DNA from: a virus
Lineage: Duplodnaviria > Caudoviricetes
Direction: 5' to 3' (one strand)
DNA length: 52,409 nt
IMG/VR virus record: IMGVR_UViG_3300028588_000383
Coordinates: 1 to 52,409 of that record
Below, piece after piece: positions 43,532 to 51,836 of the stretch. Both the position numbers and the translations under genes were made by a program. The notes below the pieces were generated by a model. The model was not told the DNA's origin. It did no database searches and saw only the letters and a program-made list of their open reading frames with translations. Each line of letters begins with the position of its first letter. Position 1 is the stretch's first letter.

Positions 43532-44221
43532 ATGAAAACGTTAGCAGAACGACTAGCTTGGGCGCGTGCGCAAAAGTCGCTTACTCAAGCAGAGCTGGGC
43601 AAGCTGGCTGGCGTATCCCAAGGCACTATTGGAAATCTAGAATCCGGACTGCGGACAGACGCTCGCAGGCTCCTCCATATTGCTGCTGCGCTTGGCGTGG
43701 AGCCGATGTGGCTGGCTGAAGGAATGGCAAAAGAGGTTAATGGCGAAGCGGCACCCCCTCCCCAATTCGATGAGAACGTTTCCCTGGCGCGCCTCGGTGG
43801 CCGCCCAATCCCTGTGATCTCCGCCGTGCAAGCTGGCGCGCTCAAGGACATGGAAACGCCGTACTCACCAGGCGCTGGCTTCGCCGTTGAGTACACGGAC
43901 GATGAGAATCTTTCCCGCTGGGCGTTCAGCCTCGAGGTCGAGGGTGAATCGATGACGCCGGATTTCCGCCCTGGTGACCGTGTGATTATCGACCCGGACC
44001 TGGCACCGAACCCAGGCGACTTCGTGGTCGCAAAAAACGGCGGTGAGCAAGCAACGTTCAAGAAGTACCGCCCTCGTGGTATGGACATAAACGGCAATAT
44101 GGTGTTCGAGCTGGTGCCGCTGAACCAGGACTACGCGACGCTGCGCAGCGACATCGACCACTTGGTCGTGATCGGAGTGATGGTGGAGCATCGCAAGCGG
44201 TACCGCCGCTCGCGTTCATGA
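43532..44221 (+). CDS. cI: CI-like repressor (HTH + S24 autopeptidase)
   Basis: LTQAELGKLAGVSQGTIGNLESG HTH; VQAG cleavage site; GESM catalytic Ser; TFKKY catalytic Lys. Confidence 0.93.
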   Translation: MKTLAERLAWARAQKSLTQAELGKLAGVSQGTIGNLESGLRTDARRLLHIAAALGVEPMWLAEGMAKEVNGEAAPPPQFDENVSLARLGGRPIPVISAVQAGALKDMETPYSPGAGFAVEYTDDENLSRWAFSLEVEGESMTPDFRPGDRVIIDPDLAPNPGDFVVAKNGGEQATFKKYRPRGMDINGNMVFELVPLNQDYATLRSDIDHLVVIGVMVEHRKRYRRSRS

Positions 44222-44682
44222 TTTGGGCGCAAGCGCAACCAGACGTCATCAACCAGATAGATTCGGTTCCAGTTCGCGCAGTGAAGCTGCGGCTCCGAGC
44301 CGGCATCTCCGGTTACGAAGTCGAACAAGAGATTCTTGGCGCGAAACACGTACAGGTGCCGGTGCCAGCGATGCGGGCGCTGGGAGCCGACGCATCGAAG
44401 CTGCTTGCACTGCAGGTCGCGGATCGCGGCCTTGAGCCCTTGGCGTTTGAGGATGACTGGGTGGTTATTGACACCGCCGATACGGCGAAGCGAAATCGCG
44501 CGGTGTACGCAGTGAACTGGAACGGCGAGGCAGTGGTGGCGCAGCTGGACCATCGTGGTGGCCAGTGGTATCTGAACTTCTTACACCCAGATTTCAACCC
44601 AATTAACGTCCGCAGTGGGCAGTTGAATGTGGTGGGCCGCGTGGTATATCAGCCTGGCCGGATGCTGACCGGGCGCCTGTAA
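44218..44682 (+). CDS. stand-alone S24-fold protein lacking HTH and catalytic residues
   Basis: LRAG, V-ADRGLEP (normally GDSMEP), D.VVID, VVAQL (normally VKRL), VVGRVV. ATGA-coupled to cI. Confidence 0.75.
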   Translation: MIWAQAQPDVINQIDSVPVRAVKLRLRAGISGYEVEQEILGAKHVQVPVPAMRALGADASKLLALQVADRGLEPLAFEDDWVVIDTADTAKRNRAVYAVNWNGEAVVAQLDHRGGQWYLNFLHPDFNPINVRSGQLNVVGRVVYQPGRMLTGRL

Positions 44683-44869
44683 TTCGACCAGCGAACCTAG
44701 GTTTCCGCTTCCCGTTAAAACTCCCGAGCAACTCAAGCGCCACCTCGATATCGACACCAGCATCTCGCAGGTACCGCGCGGCAGACACTGTTCCATGAGT
44801 TCGCGACAGCACGAGCGCCATGGCTAGGTGCGACGGGGTGGATTTTTTTTCGGTAGCATTGATTTCCAT
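44603..44869 (-). CDS. small hypothetical protein, paralogue of 2039-2275
   Basis: LAMALVLSRTHGTVSAARYLRDAGVDIEVALELL; divergent from the recombinases; start uncertain. Confidence 0.5.
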   Translation of the reverse strand: MEINATEKKSTPSHLAMALVLSRTHGTVSAARYLRDAGVDIEVALELLGSFNGKRKPRFAGRITGARSASGQADIPRGPPHSTAHCGR

Positions 44870-44930
44870 CCTCGTATAGTCTCGCAGCTGCATTGTCTGG
44901 TATTGATTCACCTCAATCGCTGGAGGTCGC

Positions 44931-46451
44931 ATGGTTCCACCTGCGTCGAACGCAGTGGCGTATGTCCGAATGTCGACCGAGAGCCAGGATTATTCGACCG
45001 ACCACCAGCGCGCCGCCATAAGTCAGTATGCCGCGGCGCGCGGACTTCCGATCATCCGCGAGTACGTCGACGACGGAAAAAGCGGCTTAGACATCAAGCG
45101 CCGAGCTGGCCTGCTCTCCCTCATGCGCGACGTTCAGGCGCCCTGCCCCGACTTCACGCACATTCTGGTATTCGACATCAGCCGCTGGGGCCGGTTCCAG
45201 GATATCGACGAGGCTGCGTATCACGAGCACACTTGCAGGCGCGCCGGCATCCAGGTCGTGTACTGCGGGGAGCGCTTCCATGATGATGGAGGTCCGTATG
45301 CGTTCCTGCTCAAGAGCATGAAGCGCGTTATGGCTGCCGAGTACAGCCGCGATCTGTCCGATAAGGTTTTCGCTGCCCAAGCAAGATTCATTGTCATGGG
45401 ATTCAAGCAAGGCGGCCACGCCGGGTATGGCCTGCGTCGACTGGCGCTCAAGGCGGATGGGACGCCGCGGGCAGTACTCGAGTATGGCGAATCGAAGATC
45501 TCCGCGACGGACCGGGTCGTGCTCATAAAAGGACCCGACGCTGAGGTCGCGATCGTGCGTCGCATCTACGACTTGTACCTGCATGAGAGCCTGAGCGAAG
45601 CGGCGCTGGCGCGCCTCCTGAACCGCGAGCAGGTCACCAGCGAATTCCAGCGACCATGGACCCAGGCGATGATCAACTCGGTCCTGACGAACGTGAAGTA
45701 TTGCGGCACCCTCGCGTACAACCGGCGCTCGAGCAAGCTCTCGAATGCGAGAACCCGCAACGCAAGGGAGATCTGGATTACCAACGCAACGGCCGTCGCC
45801 CCGCTGATCCCCTCTACCGAATTCGCATTGGTGCAGCAAGAGCGCGCGCGGCGTCAGCGGCGCTACACGGCTGCCGAGCTTATCCCCATGCTGCAGGCAT
45901 GTCATGAGCGGCATGGCAGGGTTAATGCACAGATCATCGCCGCAGACGACGCAATGCCGGATCCGCAGTTATACGTCCGGGCGTTCGGCTCACTGATTCG
46001 AGCCTACGATGCCGCCGGTCTGCCACGCCTGCTCACGTACGCATTCGTCGAAACGAAGTCACGGATGTCGGCGCTGCGAGCCCAGCTGGAGCTTGAGGTG
46101 CGAGCACTTGTTCGAGCAGCTGGAAAGACTGCAGAACCAGCGCCGGTCCAGGGTCATCTGGACATAGAAGGCCGGACCGTGCGTCTCACAGTGGCCGCAC
46201 CGCGCAATCCAGCACGTGGCGCAGAGAACTGGCGAATAGCTGGGACGCCTGGCGTAGATTTCACCATCGTCGCACGGCTTGAGTCGGCCGCAGGGGCGAT
46301 CGTCGATTACTTCCTGCTCGCCGCCGCAGACCTGGCCGGCGGTCCAATCTACCTCAAGGCATCCAACCTGGAGCGTTACAGATCGATCAGGTACCTTGTC
46401 CTGCGAGAGATGTTCGGCCCTGTCGGCGCGCCGGTGGCAGAACCATGCTGA
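44931..46451 (+). CDS. large serine recombinase 1 (resolvase + recombinase domains)
   Basis: YVRMST catalytic Ser, YVDDGKSG, DISRWGRFQD, GYG, L.N.KY.G; GGAGG RBS. Confidence 0.9.
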   Translation: MVPPASNAVAYVRMSTESQDYSTDHQRAAISQYAAARGLPIIREYVDDGKSGLDIKRRAGLLSLMRDVQAPCPDFTHILVFDISRWGRFQDIDEAAYHEHTCRRAGIQVVYCGERFHDDGGPYAFLLKSMKRVMAAEYSRDLSDKVFAAQARFIVMGFKQGGHAGYGLRRLALKADGTPRAVLEYGESKISATDRVVLIKGPDAEVAIVRRIYDLYLHESLSEAALARLLNREQVTSEFQRPWTQAMINSVLTNVKYCGTLAYNRRSSKLSNARTRNAREIWITNATAVAPLIPSTEFALVQQERARRQRRYTAAELIPMLQACHERHGRVNAQIIAADDAMPDPQLYVRAFGSLIRAYDAAGLPRLLTYAFVETKSRMSALRAQLELEVRALVRAAGKTAEPAPVQGHLDIEGRTVRLTVAAPRNPARGAENWRIAGTPGVDFTIVARLESAAGAIVDYFLLAAADLAGGPIYLKASNLERYRSIRYLVLREMFGPVGAPVAEPC

Positions 46452-47947
46452 AGGCTTATTCCGACCGGGCCGCTCTCTACGTACGGGCTTCGACCGAACA
46501 CCAGAACTATTCGACCGATCATCAGGAAGCCGCACTGCAGGAGTACGCTGCTTCTCACGGGTTCACGATCGCGCAGGTCTACCGGGACAAGGGACGGAGC
46601 GGCCTTACCCTAGATGGGCGCGCTGGCCTGCTGCAGCTCCTTACCGACATCCAGTCCAGCCGGGCCGAGTTCAGCGCCGTTCTGGTCTACGACGTCAGCC
46701 GCTGGGGTCGCTTCCAGGACGTCGACGAGAGCGCCTACTACGAGTATGCCTGTCGGCGCGCCGGCATCGCCGTGGCCTACTGCGCCGAGCCTTTCACCAA
46801 CGATGGCTCGCCGCTCGCGGCAGTGCTCAAGGGCCTCAAGCGCGCTATGGCTGCAGAGTACAGCCGCGAGTTGTCGGCGAAGGTGTTTCGGGCCCAGTGC
46901 CGACTCACCGAGGCAGGATTCAAGCAAGGCGGACTAGCCGGTTACGGCCTGCGTCGCATCGCGATCTCAGCCAGCGGCCAGGCGAAAGGCGTGCTGGGCG
47001 CCGGCGAGCGCAAGAGCATGCCGACTGACCGCGTCACCTACACCATCGGGCCGGATGCCGAGGTCGCAGTTGTCCGTCGCATCTACGATATGTACCTGGG
47101 TGCGGCGATGTCCGACACGGGCATCGCACGCCGCCTCAATAGCGAAGGTGTCGAAAACGAATTCGGCCGGCCCTGGTCGCCCTACCACGTCAGGCAGGTG
47201 CTGACGAACGACAAGTACGCCGGCACCCTGGTCTTCAACCGCAGCACCCAACACCTCAAAAGCACGCGCCGGCCGAACGCGCCGGACTCGTGGGTCAGGG
47301 TCGAGGACGCTTTCGTAGCGATTGTGCCTCGCCAGCAGCTTGAGGCCGCTCGCGCAGAGCGCAACCGGCGACGGCGCCAGTGGTCCGACGACGAGATGCT
47401 TGAATCCCTGCGTGAGATCTTCGTCGAGCACGGCAAGGTGACGCCCGACCTGATCGACTCGAGCGGCGGCCCATCGGTAAAGTCGTATGCGTTCCGGTTC
47501 AACGGCATCACATCTGCCCTTGGGCTTGCCGGGGTGTCGTGGCCCTCACTGACGCGCAGCGCGATCACCAGGTACCGGATGCGCTGCATCACTCGTGATA
47601 TGACGATCGAGCTCGAGCGTTGCGCGGCAAAGGCGAAGGCTCAAGTCGAGAGACTCAGCCCTCGAACATATCGCCTGAATGGAGTGTCAGCACGCCTGCT
47701 CTGCACGCGCTGCCGGTTCGAACGCAGCCACCCCTGCTGGAAGGTCGCGCTCGTGCACGAGCCCGCTGTCGACTTCGTCATCTGGGTGCGGGCAGATCCA
47801 GCGAACGAGAAGGTCGAGGCCATGTACCTGATCCCGGTTGCTGATTTTCCGGACCACATTTACATCTGGCCCTCATCGCGCACACTGGCTAAGTACGAGC
47901 AGTATGCTCACGCTTCGCTCGCCGACATGTTCGGGCTGACCACTTGA
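46445..47947 (+). CDS. large serine recombinase 2
   Basis: YVRAST, YRDKGRSG, DVSRWGRFQD, MAAEYSRELS, LTNDKYAG; overlaps recombinase 1 by 7 nt. Confidence 0.9.
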   Translation: MLKAYSDRAALYVRASTEHQNYSTDHQEAALQEYAASHGFTIAQVYRDKGRSGLTLDGRAGLLQLLTDIQSSRAEFSAVLVYDVSRWGRFQDVDESAYYEYACRRAGIAVAYCAEPFTNDGSPLAAVLKGLKRAMAAEYSRELSAKVFRAQCRLTEAGFKQGGLAGYGLRRIAISASGQAKGVLGAGERKSMPTDRVTYTIGPDAEVAVVRRIYDMYLGAAMSDTGIARRLNSEGVENEFGRPWSPYHVRQVLTNDKYAGTLVFNRSTQHLKSTRRPNAPDSWVRVEDAFVAIVPRQQLEAARAERNRRRRQWSDDEMLESLREIFVEHGKVTPDLIDSSGGPSVKSYAFRFNGITSALGLAGVSWPSLTRSAITRYRMRCITRDMTIELERCAAKAKAQVERLSPRTYRLNGVSARLLCTRCRFERSHPCWKVALVHEPAVDFVIWVRADPANEKVEAMYLIPVADFPDHIYIWPSSRTLAKYEQYAHASLADMFGLTT

Positions 47948-48131
47948 CCACCTGGCGGCGGGACTCATTGAGCCAGCGCGACGTTCCGCTGCGGATGTTC
48001 GAGATCGACTAAGGGTATGCGCTCATCATTATCTATTCGGTTGTGATTTTTGGCGAGTCTGCTGTATTAACGCATGACTAAAATTCCCGTAGCGAGGCGA
48101 CGCATGGTGTCGCCAGTTCTGGAGCCATCTC

Positions 48132-48677
48132 ATGCCGAGCATTACGTGTCCTGGTTGCGGCGCCTCTCTCCTAGTCGAGAAGAGGTACGTCAATTGCCCG
48201 TGGTGTGGAGTGCCGCTGGCAAGCGCGTACGCCGAGCGCGCTGAGCAAACAATTACCGATCGCCGCGCCTGGTTATCCAAGCCCGAGCTGCTTGCCGTCA
48301 GCACCGTGGCGGCAGCGGGGCTGTTGCTGATCGTGCTCGGGTCCGGGTGGTCGGCGCCTCCCCTTGCCAAGGATCGAGAGCAATTCCGAATCCTCACCGG
48401 CCTCTCAATCTGCCAGCAGCGCCTGGTACGCCACTCCCGTTCTGGCAGAATGGACGTCCCTCCCCGCGTTTCCAACCAAGGCGGCGCTGCGGAATTTTTT
48501 TACGAGTGGCCTGAGGGTGCATTCTATTTCGAGCGGGCCGACGGCTTGCCGGTTCCGATGCGAGCCACGTGCCGCGGACGCATCGCAACTGGACGACTTA
48601 CCGAGTTGACGCTAAACGGGGACGACATACTTGCTTCAGCGGCTAGCCTGAAGTCGCCTGATGCAGGCCTTCCATAG
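48132..48677 (+). CDS. zinc-ribbon + single-TM hypothetical protein
   Basis: CPGC..CPWC, hydrophobic segment, Cys-containing C-terminal domain; GGAG RBS. Confidence 0.65.
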   Translation: MPSITCPGCGASLLVEKRYVNCPWCGVPLASAYAERAEQTITDRRAWLSKPELLAVSTVAAAGLLLIVLGSGWSAPPLAKDREQFRILTGLSICQQRLVRHSRSGRMDVPPRVSNQGGAAEFFYEWPEGAFYFERADGLPVPMRATCRGRIATGRLTELTLNGDDILASAASLKSPDAGLP

Positions 48678-48818
48678 TCACAGCTGATTGCTAGAACGCA
48701 CGCCGGTTTCCATGGTCATGGCACTATTGGCGCAACAATTTGTGAGTTTCTGGCAACTGCTCAGCGGCTATACTCGCCGGGCGAAACGGCACGCTTAGAT
48801 GCCAAAACTCATATTGAC

Positions 48819-49601
48819 GTGAAGAAATTACTCATCATCCTTACCAGCATTGCAATCCTATCGGGCTGCGCCGCACAAACCTATCGAGACGCCCGAGCGA
48901 ACGCAAACCAGGTTAAAAATGGGATGACTGTTACGCAGGCTAGTCAAATTCTCGGCATGCCACCGACCGATACCTCGAGCGTTCTCGTTCAATGGCGCCG
49001 TGGAAATGCCCAAGAATACAATGGCACGCCAGCAGGAGCAATCGAGTTCCATGTTTTAAACGACCGAATAGTAGATGTGCCCGAAGGGGGTATTTTCTCT
49101 CCCGCTGCTTTGGCGAAAATTAATGCTGATTGGCTCAGAAAGCGACAAAAATCAGACGCGGAGCTCGAAAAGTTAGGCGCGGAACAGCTGGAAATCGCCC
49201 GATTGGCTGCTGAGGCTCGACGAAAACAGGAAAAACAAGAAGAGGAGGAGGCCCTCAAGAGTATCGCTGCCGAACTGAAAGCTAAGGAAAACGCGATTGT
49301 GATCTGTAAGGATAAGGCCACTTGTAGCAAGGTGTTTGCGCTAGCGCAGATCTACGTTCAGCAGAATGCTGACCAGAAAATTCAAGTTGCGACAGACACT
49401 ATCATCGAAACGTACAACCCCACAGAGGGTGGAAAAGCTGCCATCACCGTCATAAAAATGCCTCGTTCCGGATCGACGGAAATGGTCCAAATTACACCCT
49501 CTTGCAAAGCCGATAAATACTTCGAGAAGATCTGTCAGATGAAACGGATTACTATTTATCAGGGCTTTAAGCCGTTCATCGAGGACTCGTTGTCCAGATA
49601 G
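48819..49601 (+). CDS. putative lipoprotein
   Basis: MKKLLIILTSIAILSG-C lipobox; VKNGMT..ILGMP SmpA/OmlA-like motif; coiled-coil; lower GC. Confidence 0.75.
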   Translation: MKKLLIILTSIAILSGCAAQTYRDARANANQVKNGMTVTQASQILGMPPTDTSSVLVQWRRGNAQEYNGTPAGAIEFHVLNDRIVDVPEGGIFSPAALAKINADWLRKRQKSDAELEKLGAEQLEIARLAAEARRKQEKQEEEEALKSIAAELKAKENAIVICKDKATCSKVFALAQIYVQQNADQKIQVATDTIIETYNPTEGGKAAITVIKMPRSGSTEMVQITPSCKADKYFEKICQMKRITIYQGFKPFIEDSLSR

Positions 49602-49794
49602 ATAAAGTGGCATCGGGGCAAACAAGTCCACATACGCCGCTGCGCATTCTCGCCAACTTGAGAGCCTCGCGCACAGGGGCTCAGCGCGGCCTGCAACAGC
49701 GTGAGTATTGGCTAGATTTCGACGTCAGTAGCGCAGCTATACTCGCGTAAACGCAATGGACTTTTTACAACATGCTGACCGTCCGGGAGATGCA

Positions 49795-50028
49795 ATGAGT
49801 TTTAGTAGCGACATCAAGAAATTCGCCGACAAGGTAAAAGACCAGAATCGCCAAGCTCAAGAGCAAGCGAAGCAGAATCTACGTGGCCGCTTGGAAGAGG
49901 TACTTGGCCCGGATGCTCAATTAGTCAAAGGCATCACGTTAGATACCGACGTTGGCAAGATTGCGGAAATCGACGCCCCCCCGGATGTCGTAGATCGCCT
50001 GCGGGCGGTTGGACTTATGAAAGATTGA
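49795..50028 (+). CDS. small hypothetical protein
   Basis: GGGAG RBS before MSFSSDIKKFADK. Confidence 0.55.
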   Translation: MSFSSDIKKFADKVKDQNRQAQEQAKQNLRGRLEEVLGPDAQLVKGITLDTDVGKIAEIDAPPDVVDRLRAVGLMKD

Positions 50029-50057
50029 TCTTCGATTTGTTTCTAGAGGGTAATGAT

Positions 50058-50429
50058 ATGAAGTTTTTCGGCATCCTCATCCTCTTGGCAGGCCTGGCCC
50101 TGGGCATCTTCGCGCTGAACATGAAGGTCAGCGTCGATGTGGAGTCGCGCGACTTCGGCTATGGCATCCGCACGCCGGCCACCAGCGTAGCAAACGTGAA
50201 CCTCATGGAGCAGCGGCAGAACCTGCTGATCTTCTCCGGGCTGCTGGCGGTTGTGGGCGCGATCCTGACCGGGTTCGCCTCGATGCGCCCGGCGGCGCCA
50301 GCGCCTACGCCAGTTGCACTGAAAGATGGCGAGGGCCTGCTCGACTTTTTGAACGAGCAGCCGCCAGCGAGCGCCGCCGCCCCGGCCGGCGAAACGCAGC
50401 ACCCGACATTGAGTAGCAAGGACATATAG
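50058..50429 (+). CDS. two-TM membrane protein
   Basis: GAGG RBS; two TM segments flanking the V.N..LM..RQN motif seen in prophage immunity-region proteins. Confidence 0.65.
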   Translation: MKFFGILILLAGLALGIFALNMKVSVDVESRDFGYGIRTPATSVANVNLMEQRQNLLIFSGLLAVVGAILTGFASMRPAAPAPTPVALKDGEGLLDFLNEQPPASAAAPAGETQHPTLSSKDI

Positions 50430-50431
50430 CA

Positions 50432-50734
50432 ATGCGCCGGGCGCCAGAAATCCTCGATGGCGGCTACACCGTCCTCATCAAGGACCGTCTGCAGGCGAAC
50501 GAAGAGACCGATCCCGCCAAGTGGGCGCTCTGGAAAATCATCTGGGACTGCTCTTCGTTCGAGGAGCTGGCCCAGCGCGCGTCGGCGCCAGTCAATACCA
50601 CTAGGACTGGCCGGCGCATCACCTGGCGTACTGAGGTGCGATGGGCATTGAAGCAAGGATGGATTCGAAAATTGGCTCCGGCTGGCACCAATAACGCTAT
50701 CGAGCTACCGGAAATTCTGCTTTCGAAAGAATAA
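50432..50734 (+). CDS. hypothetical protein
   Basis: 100-aa ORF 2 nt after the previous stop. Confidence 0.5.
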   Translation: MRRAPEILDGGYTVLIKDRLQANEETDPAKWALWKIIWDCSSFEELAQRASAPVNTTRTGRRITWRTEVRWALKQGWIRKLAPAGTNNAIELPEILLSKE

Positions 50735-50805
50735 TAAATCGAAACCCAAAAAAATCAGCAGTTAATTGTCCGACAAACTAAAAATTGCTGGTAGTATACC
50801 CAGTG

Positions 50806-50912
50806 AAAACAAAAAGCCCTGATGCTCACGCATAGGGCTATTGCTTTCATTCGCGGGTAGATAACGCCGTTCTTCGTGGGACACTTCGTTATTTACCATT
50901 TGGTAAAACTGT
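50806..50912 (-). ncRNA. predicted ~105-nt antisense sRNA in the KilA-N leader
   Basis: Minus-strand promoter TTGCGT(50947-42)-17-TATACT(50924-19). Hairpin AGCCCT..AGGGCT followed by TTTTGTTTT on the minus strand at ~50806-50843. Confidence 0.5.
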
Positions 50913-50993
50913 TAAGGAAGTATAAGCCGCATAAGAATTTTACGCAAGTTAAAGCTTGTGGCAAGTGCTTTCTTGGCCTCACATGGAGGACAC

Positions 50994-51779
50994 ATGTCTT
51001 CATTCAATGATTCAGAGCATCAACAACTAAGTTTCGATCTGATCCCGCATCAGGTCGACGACGGAAATGTCATTAATCAGCGTGCCGCTGATGGCTACAT
51101 TCACGCCACCGCCCTGTGCAGGGCTGTGGGACGCGAATGGAACCACTATTGGGATACTGACCGCACCCAGGCTTTTATTGCAGAACTTGCTATCGATACA
51201 CAATTGGAGCCCGCGACGCTGGTTCACGTGATCCGTGGCGGCCGGTCTCCTGGCACTTGGGTCCATCCGCAGGTGGCAGTAAATCTGGCTCAATGGCTCT
51301 CGCCACGATTTGCGGTACAGGTAAGTAAATGGGTGCATGAATGGATGAAAGGCGGCGCCCCAGTCAGGGCGCCTATGCCAGTACACCTGCAGCGCTACGT
51401 GATGAACCAGAGCGCGGTGCCTGTTACGCATTTCTCGATGCTCAACGAGCTCATTTTTGGCCTGATTGCTCCCCTAGAGGCGGCCGGATATACGCTCCCA
51501 GAGCGCATGATGCCCGACATTTCCGAGGGTCGAATGTTCTCGGACTGGATTCGCAAGCATAAGAACGTGGATCCCTGCACTTTCCCGACATACCCTCACC
51601 GGTTCCAAGATGGACGCGTGGTGCAAGCGAGGCTCTATCCGAACGAGTATCTTGCGGAATTCCGTGCCCACTTCAACACAGTTTGGCTTCCCCAAAAGGC
51701 CACCGCCTACTTTGCCGAGCGCGACCCCATAGCGCTGACGCACCTCCCTAGACTGCTTGGCGGACCACGCAATACCTAA
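50994..51779 (+). CDS. KilA-N domain protein
   Basis: QRAADGYIHATALC, GTWVHPQVAVNLAQWLSP.FAVQV..W; GGAGG RBS before ATG 50994. Confidence 0.9.
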   Translation: MSSFNDSEHQQLSFDLIPHQVDDGNVINQRAADGYIHATALCRAVGREWNHYWDTDRTQAFIAELAIDTQLEPATLVHVIRGGRSPGTWVHPQVAVNLAQWLSPRFAVQVSKWVHEWMKGGAPVRAPMPVHLQRYVMNQSAVPVTHFSMLNELIFGLIAPLEAAGYTLPERMMPDISEGRMFSDWIRKHKNVDPCTFPTYPHRFQDGRVVQARLYPNEYLAEFRAHFNTVWLPQKATAYFAERDPIALTHLPRLLGGPRNT

Positions 51780-51810
51780 ATTCTGATCCCCGGTTTCGCG
51801 GGGTTGAGAG

Positions 51811-51836
51811 TAAGCCCGCGCAAGCGGGCTTTTTTA
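51811..51836 (+). terminator. intrinsic terminator after KilA-N
   Basis: AAGCCCGC GCAA GCGGGCTT TTTT. Confidence 0.8.

Noticed and set aside
44931-47947. Serine recombinases as the prophage integrase
   Set aside because: They are internal, not at an att end, and the tRNA/IHF/arm-type att points to a tyrosine integrase outside the window. Not formally excluded.
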